A DNA stretch of 20,000 nt from Lophium mytilinum. Its lineage: Eukaryota. Of the stretch, positions 1 to 9,380 are shown piece after piece; position 1 is the first letter of the stretch, and the number at the start of each line of letters is the position of its first letter. A program made the position numbers and the translations under genes. The notes beneath the pieces were generated by a model. It searched no databases. It had not been told where the DNA came from and saw only the letters and a program-made list of their open reading frames with translations. The stretch spans positions 1,809,035 through 1,829,034 of the forward strand of contig MU004192.1 of the NCBI GenBank assembly GCA_010093605.1, given 5' to 3'.

Positions 1-421
1 AGCGCACGCTCACTACGGAGCCGTCGGCGCGCACGGCTTTCTCGTAGATGTTCAAGAAAGCTTGGATGCTATAGTCGCCTGGTTCCACGTCGTCAATGCT
101 AACGTTCCGCCAGCCAAAGACGCCGTAGTCCGTGGTGTCGTTGCTTCCTCCAGACAAGATGACGGGATGCTTGGTGCTGAGACCGAAGACGTTCTTGCCG
201 AAGAAGTAGTTGGGCGAAGATGTCACGTCGGTGTCGTCCAGTGGATTAGTCCCCGCAGGCGCAAAGAGCAATTGCACATGGCCATCGGTAGCGCTCTTGA
301 GAATGCCGTCTGCGACCGAGATGTGGACCTCGAGCTTGGGCTTGTGCTCCTTCTCGGTGGTCGGATGCGCAACAGCTGCGACGACGAGGAGCGCGGCAGA
401 GAGAGTGTTTGTCCAATGCAT
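1..421 (-). CDS. Secreted protein, N-terminal 140 aa (runs off the window); resembles a fungal secreted putative esterase (alpha/beta-hydrolase) family
   Basis: ATG at 421 and open frame to the window edge: MHWTNTLSAALLVVAAVAHPTTEKEHKPKLEVHISVADGILKSATDGHVQLLFAPAGTNPLDDTDVTSSPNYFFGKNVFG...GVFGWRNVSIDDVEPGDYSIQAFLNIYEKAVRADGSVVSVR. Clear signal peptide (AVA|HP). The family call is from recollection of similar proteins and the catalytic domain is not in the window. Confidence 0.85.
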   Translation of the reverse strand, partial: MHWTNTLSAALLVVAAVAHPTTEKEHKPKLEVHISVADGILKSATDGHVQLLFAPAGTNPLDDTDVTSSPNYFFGKNVFGLSTKHPVILSGGSNDTTDYGVFGWRNVSIDDVEPGDYSIQAFLNIYEKAVRADGSVVSVR

Positions 422-747
422 ACCTAGGTATTGACCTTCGCTCTCTGCAGGCGTCAATGGGTTTCGGCCTCAACCGGGTACCTGGGCCCAGGATCAACTT
501 ATACACGATTCCATGATGGGCCCCAGGTGGTATTCCAGGTACCATCGACGCACGCCCAGGCGCCATCAATGCTAGGGAAGGTGTCCGCGACGGAAACTAG
601 GCGTCTCTAGGTTAGCTAAGGTACAAAGTACGAGCCGCGTAGCTGCTTTAGGCAGGCGATAAGGTTTCCAAGACCGTTATCATCGCAAAGCCTCTCGCCG
701 TCGCGAATAATAATCACCGATATTCTGCCCCGCCCTGCTGCTTAATA

Positions 748-778
748 CAAAGGGCGCCGCCAGGTGCAGAATCACCTT
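748..778 (+). repeat. Left TIR of Tc1/mariner element
   Basis: CAAAGGGCGCCGCCAGGTGCAGAATCACCTT, preceded by TA. Confidence 0.9.
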
Positions 779-887
779 CCAATAGCTGTAAGGGCCGTGC
801 ACGGCAGAATCTCTACCAATTGGAGCCACCCCTGTTCACCGCCCTCCCCTTATTTTAAAGCGTGCAGATATAAATATTTACTCTTTT

Positions 888-2324
888 ATACCTTTCTACT
901 ACGCCGGCGGGCGCTCTAAGGGGGCTAATAATACCCCCTTAGCTATAAAAGCTACTATTATTACTATATACCTTTTCTTTTAATATATATTTATTTAAAT
1001 TAAGTCTAAAACTAGTATAAATAACTTTATAGCTAAGAGAATCTATACTAAAGTAAAAGAGAATACTAGAAATAAGAATTTCTATAATATACTTTAATCC
1101 CTTTTACCTAAATCTAACTAGCTAGATAGGTAGCTAAAGATTAAAAATAGAAGCGCTCTATTTTATAAGATTTAGTGTAATATTCTTTAATTTAAGAACT
1201 ATAAATTCTATAAGGCTATAGCTTTTATACTCTATACTACTAGTATAAAGATATACTAGGCTACTATTAAGAATATAGCTTATAAGTATTAAAATCCCCT
1301 CTACTTTAAGCCTATTATTTAAGAAGTTAGGCTCTATAAACTAGTACTTAATAATATCTAAAAAGAGGTTAGAAAGCTTTATACTTTCTAGCTAAAGAAT
1401 ACTATTTACTAAACTAAAGAAAAGGTTATCTTTATCTATTCTAATAAATTACTAAAGTAATTTAGTCCTAGCTATTAAAAGAAAGGTAAAGCTAAGGTCT
1501 TAAGGCTATTAGAAGTAAATATAAATAAGTATACTATATCTAAGCTAGTAGCTAAGTTTAACCTATTATTTTAGGGCGCTATATACTTAGATAATTATAT
1601 TCTAAGGCCCTATATTATATAGAAGCTAAAGTTTTAAGAGTAAAAGAATACTATTAAGAAGAAGCTTATTTAAGATAATAAAAATATAAAGAAAAAGGCT
1701 AAAAGATACTAAAGAAATACTAAAATTTAGGGGATAATAGAGAATAACTATATAAAGAAGGTAAATAATAAAATTAGAGAGAATAATAAGCGCCTTAAAT
1801 AATAAGAAATTTAAAAGAAATAGTAGTAGCTATATAGACTAGATTAAAAGTATAAATATAAGATATTTACTTAAGAAAAAGATAAAGAAATAGATACTAT
1901 CTAGTATACTAATAATATCTTAAAGCCTCTTCTTTACTTCTACTATAAAGTAGTAAAGAAGGTAAATTCTAATAAAGAGGTTTAGTTAATTAAGAATAAT
2001 ATACTACTCTACTACTCTATCTAAAGAAGGCTTTCTTATCTCTAGAAAGAAATTAGCATTCTCTTTATAAATTACCTCTTAAATTTACTAGATTTATACC
2101 TAATTAAGAGGTACTTTAGCTAGCTAAATTATAAGGTTAACTACTATAAGATAAATAGCGCTTCTAGAGAGGCTAAGAACTAAGTAAAGAAGTAGTTAAT
2201 AGAGATATAGTAAGAAAATAAAGATTTAGATAAATATATTTTTAAAAGAGTCTATAATAATACCTTTAAAAATCTAGTAATACTATATAAAAATTATAAT
2301 AGAAATAATAACTTTATAGAATAA
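888..2324 (+). pseudogene. Tc1-type DDE transposase, RIP-mutated (DD36E spacing after de-RIP)
   Basis: One frame with many TAA/TAG codons. De-RIP reading gives an N-terminal (M)P..HAGGRxKGA.., first Asp in VIFI(C)S(D)(E) at 1443, second Asp in V(W)LI(E)(D)N at 1995, N(SP)DL(HP)I(E) with Glu at 2106, and C-terminal (G)NNNF..stop at 2322-2324. Confidence 0.88.
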
Positions 2325-2424
2325 TAGTATACTTTATTTTATAGATTATTAATAGAAATTAAATAAGTTATAGTAATTTAAATTTAAATATAGTACTTTG
2401 GTGTTCTAACCCCTGCGCTTACGT

Positions 2425-2455
2425 AAGGTAATTATGCACCTGGCCGCGCCCTTTA
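2425..2455 (-). repeat. Right TIR of Tc1/mariner element
   Basis: Reverse complement is TAAAGGGCGCGGCCAGGTGCATAATTACCTT, followed by TA on the + strand. Confidence 0.9.
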
Positions 2456-3068
2456 TAGGTCCGTTGAGTCCTATTGCAATACCCCATCAACGTTATTAAC
2501 TAGAGGTATCGTGCGTGTGCAATATTTAGCGGCGAGCTTGTGAGACTTAGGAAGGGATATGCAAGGTTTATCTGAATGTCAAGCGTGCAAGCAAGCAACG
2601 CATCGCAGAATCCCGAAAGTAGATTAGGAGGATAACGGCTATTAGGGATATAGCCACGACGGTTTAGAGGACGTTCCCGGAGAAATGAAAATATCTAAAG
2701 TTTATAAGGGAGAAGGGAACACGGTGATAACGGGCCGGAGGATGTTCGGAAGTATCTCAAGAGCGTAAGGGAGAGGGGAAGTAGGCGTCGGCCAGTTTCT
2801 CGAAGACCTCGAGGTGGAGGGCTGGAGCCGATCTAACCTTGTGGGCTGATAATCCGGAGTCGGCGAGGGCTAGGAGCTTGTTAACTTCGTTGTCGTTGGG
2901 GATCACCCGGAGGTGGATTTTCCTTGACGATGGAGACGGCGCTAATTGTCACGAACTCTTTGATAGCAGCGGCGAAAAAAGAAGAGGTAGACGACGAACC
3001 CGCACATCACGAAGTCATGTTTGCAGTCAAGAGGTTTCAGGATTAAATGCATTAGATTTATGTCTTAT

Positions 3069-3235
3069 CCCACTGGCAACAGTAGGCAGCATCCCGTCGA
3101 CAACGGCAGGCAAGGGTCCCATCGACGACGGAAGATGGCAAATATCCCATCATCAATGACAGGCAAAGCCCTATTGGCAATAATAGGTAGATATCCCATC
3201 GGCAACGACAGGCCGATCCCACCAACCATGGTAGG
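3069..3235 (-). repeat. Hairpin array A: 7 units, ~24-nt period, 3' of the coiled-coil gene
   Basis: Units start at 3069, 3093, 3118, 3146, 3170, 3195, 3218. Plus-strand consensus ATCCCATCG-GCAA-CGACAGGCAGA; minus (sense) strand CCUGUCG-UUGC-CGAUGGG. Begins 19 nt after the stop at 3255. Confidence 0.93.
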
Positions 3236-3254
3236 CAGATTTCAGCTCCGCCAA

Positions 3255-4031
3255 TCACTCCTCTACTGGCTCATCCTCAAACTCCGCACCAGGGTCCCAA
3301 AAACTGAGATCTTCCTGGAGCCATTCCGGGTCGTCATCTTTCACCGGGTCCATGGCCATTGTTTTCCGAATGAGCGCAGTTTCCCCACCCAGGAGCTCGA
3401 TGGTTCGGACAAGATCCTCAATTTCCTGGTTTTGTGTTTGAACCATCTTCTCCCTGCGCCTCAGCTCTAGCCCTGCCTCCCGCCCAACCTCATGCCACCG
3501 TTTCAGGCTCTCGAGCCTAGCGGCGGCCCGGTTCCTTGCCTGATCCCGCTGGTGTCGTAGGCGGCGGATGACCTCCGAAGCTTGGGCGCCCTCAGCCTGG
3601 GTATCGAACGTCTCGTCCTCTGTAAGCGCTTGAAGCTGTCCTGGAACGGTGTTAGCAGTTTTGCGAGAGAAGGGAGGAGATGAATTACCCTTATGATATT
3701 CACGCTCCCGCTCGAGATCATCAATCCTGGAGTCCTTCGCTTCTGTCACAGCTTTGACGCGCGCATCAGATATCATCTGCGACAGCTTGTCGTTCGCTGC
3801 TCCTATTCGACTACTCGTCGAATCAGAAGAATCTATCTTCTCTCTTAAGCCCTCCAAAAGCACTAACTGGCGCTCGGCTTCATCCTCTAGCAGCCGGATC
3901 TTCTGTTCCGCGCTGAACTTCTCCTCGGCTCGGAGACTGACCATACTGTAGTCATCGAAAACATTCCTAATCGACCTGACATTTTCATCGACGGCGCGAG
4001 GTCGGGATCCCTTGGCGTTGCGATTCGACAT
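3255..4031 (-). CDS. Hypothetical coiled-coil protein (~258 aa) with acidic C-terminus
   Basis: Part of ORF 3255..4157. ATG at 4031 lies in a GCCACCATG context (MSNRNAKGSRPRAVDENV...). E/K/R/L heptad-like stretches; ends ...WLQEDLSFWDPGAEFEDEPVEE. Confidence 0.75.
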   Translation of the reverse strand: MSNRNAKGSRPRAVDENVRSIRNVFDDYSMVSLRAEEKFSAEQKIRLLEDEAERQLVLLEGLREKIDSSDSTSSRIGAANDKLSQMISDARVKAVTEAKDSRIDDLEREREYHKGNSSPPFSRKTANTVPGQLQALTEDETFDTQAEGAQASEVIRRLRHQRDQARNRAAARLESLKRWHEVGREAGLELRRREKMVQTQNQEIEDLVRTIELLGGETALIRKTMAMDPVKDDDPEWLQEDLSFWDPGAEFEDEPVEE

Positions 4032-4164
4032 GGTGGCGTTTTTGCGATGTTGGTACATGTTTTCAACCTCCCAATTCAAGTATTCGTAGCGACAATGCCA
4101 AGCCGGAAAGTTGATTCGCCGTGCCGAACCGAGCCGACCATAATGGAAGTGCATCACATGGGTG

Positions 4165-5155
4165 ATGGAGAAGGGGCAGCGGGTACCGCCTAGCTACAAC
4201 AAGATATGTCTACGGTGTTGGCATAGGAAGAGGAACCATGGGCCTTGGGAGAAGTGCCAGGAGGAGTGCGCCATGTGTCGCATTATGGACACTGCGGGAC
4301 GGCGTTGCCCAGAGTCGACGAAGTCGGAGAGCGGGTGGAAGAAGAGGACGGCGCCACCGGAATACTTCGTGAGTTTTGGAACCCTTCAACGACGCTTGAA
4401 TCTCTAACTCAAGCATAGGATCGGACCGTGCCGCAAGTGCCTCAAGGGATGTACGCCTTTGGAGCGCCACAGGGAGCACCACAGCCGTCCGGCTCCACGC
4501 CGGAGCAGGTGATGGCTCTCTTGGAGCGGTTCGGTCAGCAGGGCCAAGAGCCTGTCTTCGGACCGTAGGGCTAAGGAGCCTCCCCGGCTGTCGCGCAGTC
4601 CGCGCAGCCGCTACAGGCAGCCCAAGTCTCGCGAGCCTCGCAAGGACAGCCGCCGCCGGTGGATAGGGAGGAGATGGAGAGGCTGAACGAGAGGGCGGAG
4701 GACTCGCTCGCGGAGGCGCGGAAAGAGCATGAGGCGAGAGAGGCGGAGCAGGAGGCGGAGCGCGAGCCAGCGCTCGCTCGTGCCTTGAACCAGAGTGGGA
4801 TCGAAGGCTTCGCGATCGCCGCCAAGAAGATGGAGAACGCACTCCGGGTACAGGAGTGGCAGGACCAGCCACGACGCCAGTAGCCACCTCGTGTGGATGC
4901 CGAGGAGCGGAGGAAACGGGAGGATGATATGAAAGCCGAGCTCGGGGAGCTTCACAAGCGGGCTGCGGAGAGGACGACGGCGAAAGAGGAGGCGGAATAT
5001 GCGAAGGAGGAGCAGGAGAGAGTGGAGGCGGAGAGGAAGAAGGAAGAAGAGGAGAAGAAGGCGGGGAGGAGACCATGGCGGAAGAGAGGAAGCGGCATGA
5101 TGCCAGGCGGATGGCCGAACATGAGAGGAGATTGGAAGAGAGGGATGGGGTGTGA
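4165..5155 (+). pseudogene. Two-exon gene with Cys/His zinc-knuckle-like N-terminus, Q/P-rich linker and E/R/K coiled coil; disrupted
   Basis: Exon 1 4165-4368 (CLRCWHRKRNHGPWEKCQEECAMC...GRRCP). Intron 4369-4418 (GTGAGT, CTAAC at 4404, TAG) joins in phase 0 to the frame of ORFs 4659 and 4893. In-frame TAG 4566, TAA 4572 and TAG 4881 fall in Gln-rich context (CAG/CAA>TAG/TAA, RIP type). Apparent frameshift near 5060, with the E/R-rich tail ending at TGA 5153-5155. Confidence 0.75.
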
Positions 5156-5167
5156 GTGCGTGTTTCG

Positions 5168-5280
5168 CCTGTCGTTGCCGATGGGACTATCTCTGTCATG
5201 GCTGATGGATTTTCTGCCTGCTGTTGCCAGTGGGATCTGCCTGTTATTGCCATTGGGATATGCCTGTCGTTACCGATGGG
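5168..5280 (+). repeat. Hairpin array B: 5 units, 3' of the zinc-knuckle-like gene, inverted relative to array A
   Basis: CCTGTCG-TTGC-CGATGGG (5168), TCTGTCA-TGGC-TGATGGA (5192), CCTGCTG-TTGC-CAGTGGG (5217), CCTGTTA-TTGC-CATTGGG (5240), CCTGTCG-TTAC-CGATGGG (5263). Starts 12 nt after the inferred stop. Confidence 0.93.
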
Positions 5281-6549
5281 AAATAGTTAGTTCTAGGGCG
5301 CACTCCAATGTGAGCTTGTGAAATGGGTATGAAGCATTACATCGTGAAATTAGAACCATTGCGCTCCTCTCCGCCTCGCATTCATGTAGACCATCCCGAT
5401 TGTTCATACCATCATATTTCGCGTCTGATCGTCCGCTTGTGGGCCTTCCTGCCTGTGCAGGGTTGTGTCTTATACGTCTCTTGAATAGGGCAGGTGGTCA
5501 AATTTTGTCAAGACTGCACAGTCAAAGACCAGCCCCGACTCCATTTTTTCATCCCCTCTCCAGAGATTCCGTCAAAATCAAAAGACGCATAGAAGGGAAT
5601 GAATTGGAGTATAAAAGAGTACATAATCTAGCCTACATGTTCATGGGCTTACCTATACCTCGAGTCTCCGCACAGAGTAGTGGAGGCACATTCCGTATAT
5701 GATTGTCCAATACCCACCGCATTCGCCTCGCCCAACCCCGAAAAGCACACATCCTTCTCAGGCTAAGTAACCACGGCGATGCACATCGCCAGCAGGCGTC
5801 GCCATAGAGTATACCCCTCCGCGTGAGGAGGGTCGGCATATGAAGGTTCCACGTTGAAATGGTGGTCGAGACAGCGTGTGGCGATTTGCAGATGAGTAGG
5901 GCGCGACGGTCGGAGGACTATAAAGGCAAGAGGCTGGGCGCCTCAGTAGTCGTAATTCTATAGCGAAGAGAGTATCAGCCGAGCGTTTGCATTGATGGAG
6001 TGGTGAATATTGATGGCATGAGGTGAAAATCTCGGCGGGCGGGGATCAGGGGGATCGGCCGTGCTTGGCATGATGACTGTCCTCAGTCAACGACATTCCA
6101 AGGTTAGAGCGATCTCTCTTCTCTAGAATATGGTACGTCCAATTTTGAGCACTCGCATGGCTCACATTGTGCCCAGAATTTAGCGACAATCTGGGCCACC
6201 CTAGACAGTGCCGTTCGAACGTTCATTTGCTCTACAAGATCCTCGGATTTGAAAGGTCGAAGCTTACAGTCTGATTCAGACTGCAGATTCCAGCGTGCTA
6301 GACGACGCTCAAATCTGCAAGCCGCACTGTGCACGTTAAGCCTAGACTTTAAAGGCATTACCGAGGGCATTCAGACGGTTGCGCCCGAGGTTCATGTGCT
6401 GTGCTTCGCAGCTCCTATTCGAAAGGTCAGCTTGAAATAGTTGGAACCCGCGCTTATATCGACTCAAGTAGTCGATGGTGCTTCATGGGCGCAATGTGCA
6501 AAGCAGGTACGCAAATGTGGTCGAATGATTGAAGATCTACAAAGCTAAC

Positions 6550-6666
6550 CCCAGACGCCGACCCAGGCAAAGCCCCACGCGCAGGCGTAGGCAGAGGTTC
6601 CATACGCAAGTATAGGCAGAAGTCCCATACGCAAGTATAGGCAGAAGTCCCATACGCAAGTATAGG
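6550..6666 (-). repeat. Hairpin array C: 5 units, three nearly identical 25-mers, 3' of the spliced Cys-cluster gene
   Basis: Plus strand: CCCAGAC-GCCG-ACCCAGG (6550), CCCACGC-GCAG-GCGTAGG (6574), then (T/C)CCATAC-GCAA-GTATAGG at 6599, 6624 and 6649. Sense strand CCUAUAC-UUGC-GUAUGGG. Starts 42 nt after the stop at 6709. Confidence 0.92.
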
Positions 6667-6708
6667 CAGTAGAATATCCAAAAAACGCTCCTCGGCGAAC
6701 TCATTCCA

Positions 6709-7644
6709 TCAAAGGGGAACCCAATAACCACGATTCCTCCACGGAAGCTCAGGATCCCCGCCGGGAAGAACGAGCAAATATTCCCCTTCCTCCTTTTCTG
6801 TCCCATCTTGCTCCCTCTCCGCTTCTATCACGACGCATGGTCGGGTTTTGCAAGCGACGCATGCTCGTTTTCGCTCCAAGCCCTCGGTCCACACCACAGG
6901 CGCCCTCCTGAGCGAAAGACTACCAAGGCACCGGCCTCTCTTCTCCTCCGATATCAGCCATGGAGGCGTCCTGTCAGCTTTGAACTGGAGGTTTATGGCG
7001 TTGTTTAGCCAATCCTTATCCTTTTCGTCCAGTGCGCTGATATCCCTCTCCTTGCCTTCTCGCACAAGCAACCTCCTCGGAAGCTTATCAAAGACCTTTT
7101 GGTCAATCCTACGACCTGGAATGGCAACCTTGAGGGGCGGAGTGGTTCCGCTCGGCGTCTCCAGAGTGGGCGCGTCTGGCTGCGGGGATAGGCGTCCTGG
7201 ACTGCTACAAAGACCTGAGTTAGCAACGCCAAACAGGATTAAGTGGCAGACCTACCTCGTCCTTGTCCTTCTCCTACTGCGCTTTGCTGGACGCCCCTCC
7301 GCGCCCTCCTCGGTCTCACTGTCATCATCTTCCAACAATTGCCCCATTGTTGGGCGAGGCGAGCTCGTACTTGCAGCCCCGAACGGTCTCTGCCCCACAA
7401 ACGTACTGCCCCTGCGAGATCGCTCGCTAGTACCCTGTCCGCCTCGGACAGTCCTGTTGTGCAGTAAGCTCGAACCAGGGAGTGGGGCGCTCGAACGCTG
7501 CTCTGCGTTATGAGCCAGCTCCATAACTTGCCTGAGATGACTCGACGCTATCATGCGTGCCACTCGAGGGTGACATGCGGTCCTCATCCCCGCCAGCACG
7601 AAGCGGCGCACTCGGTCCTTGTCCTCATCAGCCGTCGGCTCCAT
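6709..7644 (-). CDS. Hypothetical two-exon protein (~294 aa) with basic NLS-like patch and C-terminal Cys cluster
   Basis: ATG at 7644 (MEPTADEDKDRVRR...). Exon 1 7644-7256; intron 7255-7205 (GTAGGT, GCTAAC, TAG; 51 nt); exon 2 7204-6709 joins in frame to ORF 6709..7071. Motifs RPAKRSRRRTR and GRCLG...ACVACKTRPCVV...LPWRNRGYWVPL. Confidence 0.8.
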
Positions 7645-9183
7645 GCTGATGTGTTGGTTGGTTGGCGTTGAACGAGCCACGCCCAGAATACGCAGAGAAG
7701 TAAAATGTGAGTTTAATCACGTGTTCAGGCTTGGCGCCGCACGGGACGTTATCGACTCAATTTCGCAACGCCTTCCCTTCCTTATCCACGGCCATCATGT
7801 GGTCCCAAATTACAAGGATAGAGATGTCATCCTTGCCGCCGCAGCGGGAAAGAGGGGTAATTAGACCTAGAGTTAGAAGGATCAGGGCATAGTTAGCTGT
7901 GCGGAACAGCCTTAAGACTAGAAACTAATTACTAATCCTAATAAAGATAATCTTCTATATATAGCTAGGCAGGTAGCTTATATACTAGGCCTAATTTAGA
8001 GTAGATTAAATAACCCTAATAGATCTATAGAGGCTAGAATATAAGTCTAGTTACTATAGTGCGTACTATTATTATAGAAGCTTTATAAGGGTTATTCTAC
8101 TATATTTCCGCAGTAATAATTATAGCTTACTAGTAATTATAATTATCTACTACTACTATATAGACCCTAAGAGGCTATTCTAATATACTATAGATAAAAT
8201 AAGTTCTAGTTCCCCGCTAGTACTAAATTCTAAATAGTATAGATATGCAACTCTTACGCCCTTTAAGTAGCCTGCTAATATAAGTAGTAGTTAATCTATT
8301 TAAATTAATCTTAGTTTAATAATTAAATTTTTTATTTTAGTTATAATTAAAGCCTTTCCTTAGTATATTTTCTAGCTAGATTCTATTAGTATTATTAATA
8401 ATATAGAGTAGGGCTTTAAAAGTATTAATAGATAGTAAAGATTTATAGTACTATAAAGGTTTAGTTTTTTCTAGTCTATATAAGATTCTACTCTAGAAGC
8501 TATTCTAGGTCCTTCTCTTCTAACGTGCGGTAATATTTAATCTGCGTATTAAAGAATAAATAAGTAAACTTACTTATACTTAATAATAGTTTATTAGTAT
8601 ATATAATTATAGAAGCTTTATATTTCTTAACTAACTCTAAATCTTCTAACTAGATGCGTCTTAATAGTATACTTTTAATAACCTAAATAGCCTAACTCTA
8701 TATTACTATAACGCCTAGGCTCTTAGTATTCTATATCTATATTTTTATTATAGAAGAATTTATTAGGTATATTCTAATAGTTCTAAGTAAAGAGGTTGTA
8801 ATAATATATTATAAAAGGAAATAATAATAGCTGCAGTCTAAGAAGAGAAGATATAGTAAGATAATAGAATACTAGATAGAAATATAGATTAAGCTAGTTA
8901 TAGACTAAGAGTAATAACCTTATTAAGACTTCTAAAGTAATAATCTATAAGTTATATTTACCTATTAAGTAGTAATTTAGTACTGCTAATTAAACCGCCG
9001 GCCTTCTTACTTATACTAAGGCGCGGTTACTCTAATAAAGAAATTATATAGCTATTTTAGAAAATATAGCTTAACTATAAAATTAAAGAATAGGTAAGAA
9101 CTAAGATATAAATTATAATATTTATAGAGGAAACTTGCACTAGAAGAAAACTATTAAGGAAATATATAAATTTAAGGTAAGAT

Positions 9184-9370
9184 CCCGCTAACTATAGTAG
9201 GCAGGTCCTATTAGTAATAATAGATAGATATTCTATTAGTAATAATAGAGAGATTTCTATTAGTAATAATAGGCAAATTCTATTAGTAATAATAGGTAGA
9301 ATCCCGTCGGTAATAATAGGTAGAATTCTATTAGTAATAATAGGTAAAAAATCCTATTAATAAGAATAGG
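9184..9370 (-). repeat. Hairpin array D: 8 units, RIP-mutated copy of the array A/B consensus
   Basis: ATTCTATTAGTAATAATAGGTAGA-type units derive from ATCCCATCGGCAACGACAGGCAGA by C>T/G>A changes only. Less mutated remnants CCCGCTA-ACTA-TAGTAGG (9184) and CCCGTCG-GTAA-TAATAGG (9303). Starts 10 nt after the inferred stop at 9381. Confidence 0.9.
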
Positions 9371-9380
9371 CAAATATAGC

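Larger units (their letters stand above)
748..2455 (+). mobile_element. Tc1/mariner DNA transposon, full length (1708 bp), RIP-inactivated
   Basis: Terminal inverted repeats 748-778 and 2425-2455 (27/31 identical), flanked by TA at 746-747 and 2456-2457; contains a transposase relic in one frame. Confidence 0.92.

Noticed and set aside
476..562. Clustered CCAGG motifs and palindrome CCTGGGCCCAGG upstream of the secreted gene
   Set aside because: Too short and GC-rich to separate from chance, and no factor can be assigned.
62..569. ORFs 62..427, 210..434 and 246..569
   Set aside because: They overlap the better-supported signal-peptide gene starting at 421 on the minus strand, in antisense or another frame.
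2755..2945. Minus-strand coding-like stretch (..KIHLRVIPNDNEVNKLLALADSG..EVFEKLADAYFPSPLRS*)
   Set aside because: No start codon or recognisable motif. It may be a gene remnant but cannot be supported.
2839..3951. ORFs 2839..3159, 3021..3470, 3058..3258, 3503..3724 and 3754..3951
   Set aside because: They run through hairpin array A or overlap the coiled-coil gene, mostly with non-ATG starts and no protein-like features.
4210..5253. 347-aa Pro/Ser-rich minus-strand ORF, plus ORFs 4571..4825 and 4611..4955
   Set aside because: Antisense shadows of the GAG/GCG-rich plus-strand gene, which has the intron signals and coherent composition.
5400..6540. Short ORFs 5400..5702, 5633..5839, 6104..6370 and 6249..6440
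   Set aside because: Short, mutually overlapping, no motifs or convincing splice model, and no hairpin array after them.
6454..7892. ORFs 6454..6681, 6537..6806, 6808..7008, 6848..7513, 7005..7232, 7243..7467, 7619..7864 and 7707..7892
   Set aside because: Translations of array C, antisense or off-frame overlaps of the spliced 6709-7644 gene, or short upstream ORFs without motifs.
8378..8410. ATTCTATTAGTA, resembling a RIP-mutated hairpin unit
   Set aside because: Single partial match without the TAGG arm or periodicity, expected by chance in RIP DNA.
8460..8800. Possible RIP-killed minus-strand coding relic
   Set aside because: The frame looks protein-like but no motif, start or end could be identified.
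3069..9370. Hairpin arrays read as CRISPR arrays
   Set aside because: No unique spacers (linkers are only ~5-8 nt and similar), no cas genes, and the context is eukaryotic.
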